51,143 nucleotides of DNA, taken from positions 1 to 51,143 of IMG/VR virus record IMGVR_UViG_3300014656_000038; one strand, 5' to 3'. Positions 1-8,849 of this stretch are shown piece after piece (the first letter of the stretch is position 1; each line of letters opens with the position of its first letter). A program made the translations under genes and the position numbers. The stretch comes from a virus. Its lineage: Duplodnaviria; Caudoviricetes. The notes below the pieces were generated by a model. The model did not search any database. It saw only the letters and a program-made list of their open reading frames with translations, and was not told the origin of the DNA.

Positions 1-38
1 AAAAGATTCATTTTTATTGTTGAATATTTAATTTTTTA

Positions 39-123
39 GCGGTTGTGGTGAAATTGGTAGACACGCTATCTTCAGAGGGTAGTACTTCAATGTGTGTGGG
101 TTCGAGTCCCATCAACCGCACCA
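39..123 (+). tRNA. tRNA-Leu (anticodon CAG)
   Basis: GCGGTTG/CAACCGC acceptor stem, A discriminator + CCA, D-loop TGGTAGAC, anticodon stem CTATC/GGTAG with loop TTCAGAG, long variable arm, GGTTCGAGTCCC T-arm. Confidence 0.93.
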
Positions 124-181
124 AAGTTATCTTTGATTACTCCCCAAAACCAGGGGATAATAGCGATATTTTAATGAAATT

Positions 182-217
182 GACCTTATTTCTAATGAAA
201 TAGGGTCTTTTTCTTTT
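182..217 (+). terminator. Intrinsic terminator after tRNA
   Basis: GACCTTATTTC-TAAT-GAAATAGGGTC hairpin followed by T-run. Confidence 0.7.
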
Positions 218-271
218 ATCGAGTCGTGCCGAGAGCAAATTTGCTTTCTCGAAAGTGACATATTTAATTTG

Positions 272-334
272 GGGGTAATGTGGTTCCGAACTTCAACTCA
301 ATCATAGATACAAGGGGTAATGTGGTTCCGAACT
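272..334. repeat. 21-bp direct repeat GGGGTAATGTGGTTCCGAACT (272-292, 314-334), possible att-arm sites
   Basis: Two exact copies 42 bp apart; second overlaps the recombinase stop codon. Confidence 0.8.
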
Positions 335-1850
335 AACATATATAAAGATTGAACTCCAACTCACTATGCTTGTATTTATAGATAATTGGAATTCGGTATG
401 AGTGTATAAGATATTTATTTTCAGGAATTACCTTGAAGTCATCGTTAGTTAAGGAAATAATTAAATGCACTTTAAAACCAGTAAAAATTACCTTTGTAAA
501 GACTTTTTTGATTAATTCGATGTTTGGCTCAACAGCAAGTTTCTTTGAATGATAAACAGTTTCTGTGACTAGTTTTTCAACCTCATTAATTCGGTGCAAC
601 TTAGATAAATTGTCGGAGATTATTGAATATCTATTAATTTGTTCATTGACAGATCTATCTTCAATTCCCCAATATAACTCATCAAGTTGATTTGCTAAGC
701 GTAAAGATGTTGGTGCAATTTGGTGTTTTATATGTTCCATTATTTTGTCTTTGTTTTTTATAATATGTGATGCAGCTAACGAAATGCCATTCTCAATATC
801 ATTGTTTCGAAAAGCAAATCTTCCTAAATCACACTTACATATTAGTGTTGGAACTTCGTATTTACCTTTGTGACGTTCTACGTAATAAGTGAAGTGTCTA
901 TTAAAGTCTTGAGAATAGTAGAAATAGGCATAAGGATTAAGTTTAAAGATTTTACCTTTACCATCAAACTTAGTTTTTTTCTTTCTCAAATCTAGTACTT
1001 CATTCCAAGTCTCTCTAGTAATAATAGGTTCATGGTGATTACTAACATAGTATTGATTTAGGTTCAACGCTGAAAGAATCTCTGGTCTTACGATTCGATC
1101 GTTCATTTTTTTTCGCAGTAACATATCACCAACATATTTTTCATTCTTAAGTATATCTTCTAGTGTTCTTTGACTCCACTTATCTTTACCAGAAGGAGTT
1201 AATGCTCTCATATCTTGTAGATATTGAATGATGTTTTTATATGAGTGACCCAAGATATACCATGAGTAGATTTTTCTAACAATCACCGCTTCATCTTCAA
1301 TAATCGTGTAGATATCTCCTTTAATAGAATATCCATATAATCCAGAGGTCGTGTTCAGACCTCTTTTCATTTTACTTTCAAATGCCCATATTGTATTCAT
1401 TGAAATTTGCCTAGATTCCTCTTCAGCATGTGCACTTAGAAGTGATAATGTAAAATCCATGGTTGGATTAGAAGTGGAAAGATTTTCTTTCTCGAAGTAG
1501 ATTTCCACACCTTTTAATCTTAGTTCCTGGATGATATTAACAACTTCAATTATGTTGCGACCAAAACGTGCAATTGATTTTGTCAAGATTAAGTCGATCG
1601 CACCAGCGTTAACGAGTTCCAACATTTGTGTAAAGGCAGGTCTATTCATTGAGCGACCACTTTCCTTATCTGCGTAAACACATACAAGATTGTAATCTTT
1701 GTTATCTCTTACAGATTTTGCTAATTCGAGAACTTGCCTTTCATAAGAGGTTTCTTGCTCAACTAGTTCAGTAGATACTCGTGCATAAATGACAACTCTC
1801 TTTTTTATTAAATGTGATACATCAACTGGTATCTCATAAATCTCACTCAT
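333..1850 (-). CDS. Large serine recombinase 2
   Basis: YARVST catalytic motif, SGR...RP, KSIARFGRN, recombinase domain (LKNEKYVG, HEPII). Confidence 0.93.
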   Translation of the reverse strand: MSEIYEIPVDVSHLIKKRVVIYARVSTELVEQETSYERQVLELAKSVRDNKDYNLVCVYADKESGRSMNRPAFTQMLELVNAGAIDLILTKSIARFGRNIIEVVNIIQELRLKGVEIYFEKENLSTSNPTMDFTLSLLSAHAEEESRQISMNTIWAFESKMKRGLNTTSGLYGYSIKGDIYTIIEDEAVIVRKIYSWYILGHSYKNIIQYLQDMRALTPSGKDKWSQRTLEDILKNEKYVGDMLLRKKMNDRIVRPEILSALNLNQYYVSNHHEPIITRETWNEVLDLRKKKTKFDGKGKIFKLNPYAYFYYSQDFNRHFTYYVERHKGKYEVPTLICKCDLGRFAFRNNDIENGISLAASHIIKNKDKIMEHIKHQIAPTSLRLANQLDELYWGIEDRSVNEQINRYSIISDNLSKLHRINEVEKLVTETVYHSKKLAVEPNIELIKKVFTKVIFTGFKVHLIISLTNDDFKVIPENKYLIHSYRIPIIYKYKHSELEFNLYIC

Positions 1851-3465
1851 GTATGATCACCTTGTAACCAAAAGTTTTTTCTTGTTCATAGTCCTTATAG
1901 AAACCTCGAATTATTGGTTCGGTTTTCATCAATTCATCAATACGCAGAATTAACTCATCAGATGTAGACTTCTTTGAAATAACACAAATTATTTTGTCTA
2001 CATCCATGATGATCAGTGAGTAGATATTTTTAATCAAATAGTGTGAATCATTGGATATGATGTCACTAGAATGGTTTCTCAAGATGTCAGCTAATGATAC
2101 ATTCTTGATAGAAGAAGTGATTTGTCTCTTAAGGTTACTAATTTCTTTCTTCAAGAATTTTTCCTGATGAAGAAACGAATCGAGATTCAAGTTTCCATCA
2201 GTATTCCTTTGATGAATCAGTTTTGTCAAATCTTGTTTTTTCTTAAGAAGTAACTCACTTAATTCCTCACTGCATGAAACATCTGCTAACTCATCCATTA
2301 ATGTATTGATGATTTCATCAGATGAAAGCAAACGCTTGATGGATTCCATGATAGTTTCAATAACTAAATTGTTGTCAATCCAAGGTCTGTCACACTTGAT
2401 AGATTTATCTATTCTATTGTGTCGACAATCAAGAGTAACTCTTTCAGATGGTCGGCCATAATTAACTAGATGTCTGTGAAGATTACCATGACACTTAGAA
2501 CAATAAACCATATTTGTTAACGGATACTTAGTGACCAGATTGCGAGATGATCTCGATGACTCTTCAAAAATGGTTTTGGACATTTCAAACGCAGCTTTAC
2601 TCACGATTCCTTCGTGATTATTTCTAACGAAATACTTTGTAGCAAGATTATCATTCTTAACCTGCTTGTGAGTCAAATAATCAGTTGTAACGGTCTTTTG
2701 CAGAATGGCATCACCACAATACTTCTCATTAGTTAAAATGCATTTAACGCCATTGTAGAGCCACTCTTTTTTGTTGAGAGTTGGTATTTTTCTTTCATTT
2801 AAAACCTTTCTAATATCATTGATATTAAACCCTTGAAGAAAGAGAGTGTAGATGAGTCTGACGGTCTTGGCTTCTTCATCGTTGATAACCAGTTCACCTT
2901 GTTCGTTCTTGTCAAATCCATAAATCTTTGGTATGTGTGCCTTTCCAGCTTTAAATCTCTTTTCTACACTCCATTTAACATTTGACGAAATCGACCTGGA
3001 TTCCTCTTGTGCAATCGATGAAAGTATCGCCAATGTGAAATCGATTTGTGGATCACTTGAATAGATGTTTTCTTTTTCGAAATAGATAATGCATCCCAAG
3101 TCTCTAAGTTCTCTTACAAGCGATAGAATGTCAACTGTATTTCGTGCAAACCGTGAAATCGATTTAACTAAAATCAAATCAATCTCTTGGCGTCTTGCTA
3201 GTTCAATCATCTTCATGAACTCAGGACGCTTTTTCGTTTGTGTACCAGATAAGCCTTGGTCTGAAAACATACCTATAAACTCCCAGTCCTTGTTAGCCTG
3301 AATTCGACTGGTGTATTCATCAATCTGAAATTTAAAGGAGTTCATCTGATCGTCTTCATCGGTTGACACACGTGCATATGCAGCGACTCGCTTTTTGCGA
3401 ATGACCTCATTTGTTGCTTCATTGATAAAACGGTTGATTGGTTGAATCACTTCAATTGTCTTCAT
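1843..3465 (-). CDS. Large serine recombinase 1 (with zinc ribbon)
   Basis: YARVST, KSISRFARN, LTNEKYCG, CSKC zinc ribbon, coiled coil. Confidence 0.94.
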   Translation of the reverse strand: MKTIEVIQPINRFINEATNEVIRKKRVAAYARVSTDEDDQMNSFKFQIDEYTSRIQANKDWEFIGMFSDQGLSGTQTKKRPEFMKMIELARRQEIDLILVKSISRFARNTVDILSLVRELRDLGCIIYFEKENIYSSDPQIDFTLAILSSIAQEESRSISSNVKWSVEKRFKAGKAHIPKIYGFDKNEQGELVINDEEAKTVRLIYTLFLQGFNINDIRKVLNERKIPTLNKKEWLYNGVKCILTNEKYCGDAILQKTVTTDYLTHKQVKNDNLATKYFVRNNHEGIVSKAAFEMSKTIFEESSRSSRNLVTKYPLTNMVYCSKCHGNLHRHLVNYGRPSERVTLDCRHNRIDKSIKCDRPWIDNNLVIETIMESIKRLLSSDEIINTLMDELADVSCSEELSELLLKKKQDLTKLIHQRNTDGNLNLDSFLHQEKFLKKEISNLKRQITSSIKNVSLADILRNHSSDIISNDSHYLIKNIYSLIIMDVDKIICVISKKSTSDELILRIDELMKTEPIIRGFYKDYEQEKTFGYKVIIHE

Positions 3466-3496
3466 ACTTTAATTGCTCCCTTCGTGCTTGTTTGTT

Positions 3497-3628
3497 TTAT
3501 ACCTTAAAAAATCGATTATTGGTAATCTTTGTGAAAACTTTCAGATATTCTTCTAAACTTAAAAAACCCTTCAAAAATAGAAGGGTTATTGTTGATAATA
3601 AAATGCGATTTTCTGTTAGTGTCATCAT
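3497..3628 (-). CDS. 43-aa SHOCT-like protein (absent from ORF track), candidate recombination accessory factor
   Basis: Manual translation MMTLTENRILLSTITLLFLKGFLSLEEYLKVFTKITNNRFFKV; GAGGT RBS; LxxKGxLSxEEY pattern. Confidence 0.65.
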   Translation of the reverse strand: MMTLTENRILLSTITLLFLKGFLSLEEYLKVFTKITNNRFFKV

Positions 3629-3688
3629 CTCTACATACCTCAGCTTTGAGTTGTAGAAACGATCTGTAGGCATTCCTGAACCAACGCT

Positions 3689-3737
3689 ATTGTATCAAAG
3701 AAGTTTTGCTTATTTGGTGGTCAAACTGAAGACTCGT
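3689..3737 (-). promoter_or_regulatory. Phage-specific promoter motif copy 1 (SHOCT/recombinase operon)
   Basis: Minus strand GTCTTCAGTTTGACCACCAAATA...GATACAAT, same spacing as three other copies. Confidence 0.75.
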
Positions 3738-4351
3738 TATCTTTTGATGAATTTCCCTGGTTGAACGTCTTTATATTCACCTATCAATCGACCCATAAAG
3801 AATACATCCGTTCGATTGCGTATGATGATGTGCGAACTATCACTGAAGAACAGTAGTGCTTCAAAAGGCTTGTTTTGCACTTGAGTTGGAAGAATGACTT
3901 TTGACATGTATCGCTTTGAATCATATTCATAGAAGTAAACTCCTGAGGTACCAGGAGAATCTTGAATTGCCTCAAAGACATAAGTATGGTTACCATCTTT
4001 AACAAAGTAAATGGATGAGTATTCATCAGAAATGTGAACCTTTGTTTCACGTACAACATCTTTAAATGATGGATCTAATTGATACTCATTAAAGAAAACA
4101 GCATTCGTGAGTTGAGCAAGATGATTATTTGTAAGGAACTCTAGACTTACATTATAAAAATCTGCAAGCCGTTTGAGACCTACAACACTGATTTGACTCT
4201 CGCCTTTTTCATACTTATGGTACTGAACTCGAGTCACACCAAGAACTTCAGATAACCTATCAATTTTCACTTTGTGCTTATCACGTAAAAACTTTAATCG
4301 ATAACCTATGTTATCCAGCAAACCCTTTGAATATCCATCATATATAGCCAT
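3737..4351 (-). CDS. XRE-family HTH repressor (CI-like)
   Basis: RLKFLR...LSEVLGVTRVQYHKYEKGE HTH; divergent from Cro-like gene; GGAGGTG RBS favours ATG at 4351. Confidence 0.85.
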   Translation of the reverse strand: MAIYDGYSKGLLDNIGYRLKFLRDKHKVKIDRLSEVLGVTRVQYHKYEKGESQISVVGLKRLADFYNVSLEFLTNNHLAQLTNAVFFNEYQLDPSFKDVVRETKVHISDEYSSIYFVKDGNHTYVFEAIQDSPGTSGVYFYEYDSKRYMSKVILPTQVQNKPFEALLFFSDSSHIIIRNRTDVFFMGRLIGEYKDVQPGKFIKR

Positions 4352-4538
4352 AAATCTCACCTCCAACATGTTTCATTAGAATTAACACTTTAACTAAAGT
4401 ATATCATGTAATATTTAAAAAACACATAAAAACATAAAAAAATGTTAATCTAGATATTACATAACTAATTGACAATGAAACATAAATAAATGAATGCTGT
4501 TGACCACTTACAATAGACACATCAATAGGAGGTGTCCG

Positions 4539-4871
4539 ATGAAAGTAGATACGCATAATAAGGATCAACCAGAAAAAAGAGTAGCGTTGTCTAGAAGTTA
4601 TTTGATTAATCTCAAGTTAAAAGCTGGATTAACCACCGACATTTTAGCAAAAAGAATATTTATAGACAGAAAAAATTATTACCAATTGGAATCAGGTACC
4701 AGGGGACATAGGATGAGTGCAATTCTCTATTTGAGATTAGCACGAGAGCTTAAGGTAAGCGTTGAAGAATTGGTTCGAAGAGAGGCTGCATACCAAAGAA
4801 AGCGAATAAAAAAAGGATTATCCAAAGAACCTTGGTATTTATTAACAGAGGAACACGAAGATGAATACTAA
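4539..4871 (+). CDS. XRE/Cro-like HTH regulator
   Basis: LAKRIFIDRKNYYQLESGTR HTH; AGGAGGT RBS before ATG 4539. Confidence 0.8.
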   Translation: MKVDTHNKDQPEKRVALSRSYLINLKLKAGLTTDILAKRIFIDRKNYYQLESGTRGHRMSAILYLRLARELKVSVEELVRREAAYQRKRIKKGLSKEPWYLLTEEHEDEY

Positions 4872-5793
4872 GTTAGAAATCGATAATTATATTGCTTATA
4901 CCGATTTGAAGAAGATATCTAAGGATAGTTATCGAAACATTTTGTGGAACTGGGCGACTTACCTTGAAGATAAAGGCATTCTTGAACCAACTAGAAACGA
5001 TCTTATATCATTCAAAGAAGAAATGCTCAAAGTAAACGAAAGTGCCAGTGTACAAAAATACATTGTTGTTATCAGAGGATTCTATAGATACTTAAAGTTT
5101 ATGGGTATTTATGAGGATATTTCCTACCAAGTTAGAGGATGTAAAGTAGAAACAACATTCAAACGAATGCCACTATCAATAAAGGATTCAAGAAAACTCA
5201 TTAAAAAAGCGAAACGCAACGCAACCAATGAAATCGGTAAACGAGATTATGCGTTGGTGGTTCTTTTCTTAACGACTGGTTTAAGAAGTATAGAAGTTAG
5301 TCGTGCAGATGTAGAAGATATCGATATGATCGATGGTGAGTATGTTCTTCACATCCAGGGAAAAGGAAGAGATTCAAAAGCAGATTATGTCAAGTTATCA
5401 ACCAATGCTTTTGATGCAATTACTGATTATATTAATTCAATCAATCAAGATTATGTAATCAAAGATAATGGTAAGACACCATTGTTTCTTGCTCAAGTGC
5501 GAGCTAGTAAGCAAGGTCGTTTAACTACGAAATCGATTCGTAATTGTGTGAAAGAACTATTGGTATCCATTGGATATGACTCAAGAGCATATTCAGTACA
5601 TAGTCTTAGACATACATTTGCAACAACAGCATTAATCCAAGGTGCTTCACTTCTTCAAACACAAGAAGCACTCAGACACAAAAATATCTCAACCACACAG
5701 ATCTATAGCCATATGGTTGAGGGAATGAAATCCAACACAAACAAAATAGTGAGCAACGCACTATTTAACAACAAGGAGAAGCCGAATGAATAG
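4861..5793 (+). CDS. Tyrosine recombinase (XerC/D-like)
   Basis: TGLRSIE, GKG, HSLRH, LRH...TTQIY catalytic residues. Confidence 0.93.
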   Translation: MNTKLEIDNYIAYTDLKKISKDSYRNILWNWATYLEDKGILEPTRNDLISFKEEMLKVNESASVQKYIVVIRGFYRYLKFMGIYEDISYQVRGCKVETTFKRMPLSIKDSRKLIKKAKRNATNEIGKRDYALVVLFLTTGLRSIEVSRADVEDIDMIDGEYVLHIQGKGRDSKADYVKLSTNAFDAITDYINSINQDYVIKDNGKTPLFLAQVRASKQGRLTTKSIRNCVKELLVSIGYDSRAYSVHSLRHTFATTALIQGASLLQTQEALRHKNISTTQIYSHMVEGMKSNTNKIVSNALFNNKEKPNE

Positions 5794-6538
5794 CAAGGAA
5801 GCCTATATTCTCTATCTCAAAGACTTTCCAAACGTCTTCGTTGCATACCATGAAAATGAATTCTTTATTCACCTTCAGGATGCACTGAAAGGATTTGGGC
5901 TAGATAAGAATAGTGAAGATGTAAAAGAAGATACTGTTTCCATTACACGATTTGATGTCAGTTATGTTTCGGCAACTAGAAAGCAAGCTGACTTCATCGA
6001 TTACAAATCATTTGAAAGATTATTCCAAATATCCAAATCCATGAGAGCTTTAGATTTCTTTAATGAAGTGAGTAAACACAAATATGAAAAAGAGAAGAAC
6101 TTTGATGGATTAACCACCAATGACTTTCATCATCCTGAAATCGCTCAAAAATTTATTGAAGAACGTAATGAACTTATGACTAAAGTATTATCCTTTGAAA
6201 CGAAAGAACGAAAACTAGAACCCTATATTAAGATTGTTAAAAACATCTACGGAACCAAGATTGCACCGGTTAATTTTGTTAACATCAGCACTGCACTCAA
6301 ATACTCCAAACCGATTCCATCATCCATCATTGCAGAACACCTTAGACAAGCTGGTATCTTTGATGAACACAATCAACCCAAGAAAACATTCATCGATAAG
6401 AATTACTTCAGAGTGATCACTTTGTCATCATCCAAACTAGATAAGTATATTAGTCAAACAAGTGTCCTGGTATTACAAAGTGGAATCAAACTCATCGAAG
6501 AGATTATCGATAACAGATTAGGTGGTAAGAAACTATGA
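5786..6538 (+). CDS. Phage antirepressor-like protein
   Basis: Early-operon position; C-terminal LRQAGIF..NQPKKTFIDKNYFRV...QSG resembles KilAC/ANT domain. Confidence 0.6.
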   Translation: MNSKEAYILYLKDFPNVFVAYHENEFFIHLQDALKGFGLDKNSEDVKEDTVSITRFDVSYVSATRKQADFIDYKSFERLFQISKSMRALDFFNEVSKHKYEKEKNFDGLTTNDFHHPEIAQKFIEERNELMTKVLSFETKERKLEPYIKIVKNIYGTKIAPVNFVNISTALKYSKPIPSSIIAEHLRQAGIFDEHNQPKKTFIDKNYFRVITLSSSKLDKYISQTSVLVLQSGIKLIEEIIDNRLGGKKL

Positions 6539-6729
6539 ATGAAACATTTACATTAACTGAAGTTGCAGAGTACTTAAAAGTATCACGAAAGACTGTTTTA
6601 AGATACGTCAAAGAACGTAAGATTAAAGCATTTAAATTCGGAAACAACTACCGAATCACCAAAGAAAATCTCGACAAATTTTATGCCGATAATTCTTTAG
6701 AAAACGAAAAAAACAGTATCAAAAAATAA
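6535..6729 (+). CDS. Excisionase-family HTH protein
   Basis: TLTEVAEYLKVSRKTVLRYVKERKIKAFKFGNNYRI. Confidence 0.88.
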   Translation: MNETFTLTEVAEYLKVSRKTVLRYVKERKIKAFKFGNNYRITKENLDKFYADNSLENEKNSIKK

Positions 6730-6744
6730 CGACACATAACAGTA

Positions 6745-6844
6745 GTGAACGGCAACGTAAACATACCTTTCGTAGGACAAGGACTACCATGTATATACCC
6801 TTTGTAGGACAAAACGACTAAGTATGTTTTTGATTGCCGTTCAC
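6745..6844. repeat. res-like site A; ends in 11-bp inverted repeat GTGAACGGCAA/TTGCCGTTCAC
   Basis: Two ATACC(C)TTT..TAGGACAA subsites; 6745-6814 colinear with 14248-14317. Confidence 0.75.
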
Positions 6845-6865
6845 ATTATTTTAGGAGAAAAAATC

Positions 6866-7966
6866 ATGCTAAGAATTATAGAGTTTTTTGCTGGCATTGG
6901 TGCATATCACCAAGCCCTAAAAGAAATAAATATCCCACATGAAGTTGTTGGGATTTCAGAGATAGATGAGAATGCCATTAAAGCGTATCAAATACTTCAT
7001 GGCAGAACGAATGTGCTTGGTGACATAAGAAGAGTTAGAAGAACTCCTGATGCAGAGATGTGGTGCTATTCGTTTCCTTGTACTGACATATCTATTGCAG
7101 GGCAGATGAAAGGAATGGATCGTGAATCTAAGACACAATCAAGTTTATTGTGGGAAATCGAAAGATTGCTTCATGCAGCTGAATACAAACCCAGGTACTT
7201 GATCATGGAAAATGTTCCAACCCTAGTTGGCAAACGGTATTTAGAGCATTTCAAGATATGGCTAAGTATCCTAGAAGAAATGGGATATAAGAATTATTAC
7301 GATGTGTTGAATGCAAAAGATTATGGTGTCGCTCAAAATCGGAAGCGACTTTTTCTCGTTTCAATTATGGGGAATGAGAAGTATGTATTTCCAAAGAAGT
7401 TACCATTAACGAAAAAGTTGAGTGAATACTTAGATGATCAAGTAGATGAGAAATACTTTGTTTCTCCAAAAATGTTTAGATACTATACAGATACGAAAAA
7501 TAGAAATGGATTTGTAAGAGCAACCAGGTTCAGACCTCACGACAAAGACAGCAATTATGCTTGGACAATCACAACTAGAACTGGATCGACTCCAACGGAT
7601 AACTTTGTTATCGTTCCAGAAGCGACAAAAAAGGGCAGTACAACTGCCCAAGTAGGAGATGGCATCTACATCAACAGACCTCATCAAAAGCGTGGTGTAG
7701 TGCAAAAAGAATCGATTCCCACACTGAAGACATCTGTCAGTGATTTAGGAGTTGTTGTTCACAAAGATGAACTCATATCAATCCGTAAAATAACTCCTAA
7801 AGAAAGTTGGAGATTGATGGGATGGAGTGATTATGATTTCATGAGAGTTGATGGCAAAATAAGTGAAACAGCACTATATAGACTAGCTGGAAACTCTGTT
7901 GTTGTTACAGTACTTAAAGAAATGTTTAAAACTTTGTTTGTAGGTGAGATTAATGCCAAAGAATGA
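6866..7966 (+). CDS. Orphan DNA (cytosine-5) methyltransferase
   Basis: FFAGIG, FPCTD, ENV, QNRKR, YRLAGNS motifs; AGGAG RBS before ATG 6866. Confidence 0.93.
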   Translation: MLRIIEFFAGIGAYHQALKEINIPHEVVGISEIDENAIKAYQILHGRTNVLGDIRRVRRTPDAEMWCYSFPCTDISIAGQMKGMDRESKTQSSLLWEIERLLHAAEYKPRYLIMENVPTLVGKRYLEHFKIWLSILEEMGYKNYYDVLNAKDYGVAQNRKRLFLVSIMGNEKYVFPKKLPLTKKLSEYLDDQVDEKYFVSPKMFRYYTDTKNRNGFVRATRFRPHDKDSNYAWTITTRTGSTPTDNFVIVPEATKKGSTTAQVGDGIYINRPHQKRGVVQKESIPTLKTSVSDLGVVVHKDELISIRKITPKESWRLMGWSDYDFMRVDGKISETALYRLAGNSVVVTVLKEMFKTLFVGEINAKE

Positions 7967-8756
7967 GATACCAGCAAATCACTTTATAGTTGAATTCTAT
8001 TGGATGACTACAATGGGATTAAAGGGAAGCGAATTAAGGCTCTATGCCTTAATTTTTTCCTATTCCCAAGATACAAAAGGTGGATTCTTTGGATCCATCG
8101 AATATTTGGCTAATAGACTAGATATATCAAGAAGACAAGTTTTTAGATTGATTGACTTGCTAATTGAAAAAAAACTGATTGAGAAAAGTGAGTATTACAA
8201 AAATCATGTGAAATATGTTTCATTTGAAATAATCCCAAATGAATTCACTAGTGACAAAATGTCACTACCCATGACAAAACGTCACAAGGATGATGACAAA
8301 ATGTCAAAAGAACCAGTGTCAGAATGTCACTTAACCGATGACAAAATGACACCCAATAATAAAGAATATATTAAAGGTTTTGATATCAACACTATAGTAA
8401 AGGATGTATTAGATAAATCAGATATATTAGAGAAATTAGATAAAAGTAGCAAGCTAGAAGATGAAATAGCATTTTCTAAGAATCATGTATTAACCAGGTA
8501 CTTAGTGAATGCAAGATATCTAACGAAAACTGATGAGTTGGAGTTTTTCAGGTATGACAACTTCTTCAATAAGTTCATAGGTAAGAATGGTTTTGAATTT
8601 GATGATTACAAACTCTATGTTCAATACTTTATCTATCGAAATAAAGAACGGATAAAAAATTGGAAATTAAAGAGTGAGCCGATAGAAAATAAGTATGGAT
8701 ACTTTATAACAGCAATGGAGAGTGCAAGAAAAGAATTCAGCAGAAAAAAGCTATAA
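7953..8756 (+). CDS. Phage replication initiator (N-terminal wHTH)
   Basis: LKGSELRLYALI...SIEYLANRLDISRRQV HTH followed by DKMS repeats encoded by iterons. Confidence 0.8.
   Translation: MPKNEIPANHFIVEFYWMTTMGLKGSELRLYALIFSYSQDTKGGFFGSIEYLANRLDISRRQVFRLIDLLIEKKLIEKSEYYKNHVKYVSFEIIPNEFTSDKMSLPMTKRHKDDDKMSKEPVSECHLTDDKMTPNNKEYIKGFDINTIVKDVLDKSDILEKLDKSSKLEDEIAFSKNHVLTRYLVNARYLTKTDELEFFRYDNFFNKFIGKNGFEFDDYKLYVQYFIYRNKERIKNWKLKSEPIENKYGYFITAMESARKEFSRKKL
8251..8352. repeat. Five iterons RTGACAAAATGTCAC-like (putative replication origin)
   Basis: Imperfect palindromes starting at 8251, 8271, 8293, 8316, 8338 (20-23 bp period) inside the initiator gene. Confidence 0.8.
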
Positions 8757-8758
8757 AA

Positions 8759-8816
8759 TGGCGTTTTGGCGTTTTGGCGTTCAAAGATTGACTTAATGCA
8801 TATCCTGTGATAACAT
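8759..8816 (+). promoter_or_regulatory. RM operon promoter with 3x TGGCGTT(T/C) upstream repeats
   Basis: TTGACT(8788)-17 bp-TAACAT(8811) with extended TG; 8-bp tandem repeats 8759-8782. Confidence 0.6.
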
Positions 8817-8849
8817 AGAACTAAAATAACTTACAGATGAGGTGTAGTC

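Noticed and set aside
66-82. TCA triplet in anticodon loop suggesting tRNA-Trp(UCA)/Sec and code 4
   Set aside because: Stem pairing centres CAG; long variable arm and A discriminator fit Leu; TGA terminates genes in the window
3438-3656. Plus-strand 72-aa ORF
   Set aside because: Overlaps the better-supported minus-strand SHOCT-like gene and recombinase start
4365-4485. Defined CI/Cro operators
   Set aside because: Several AT-rich inverted words (ATGTTTCATT/AATGAAACAT, ATGTAATAT/ATATTACAT) but no consensus I can support
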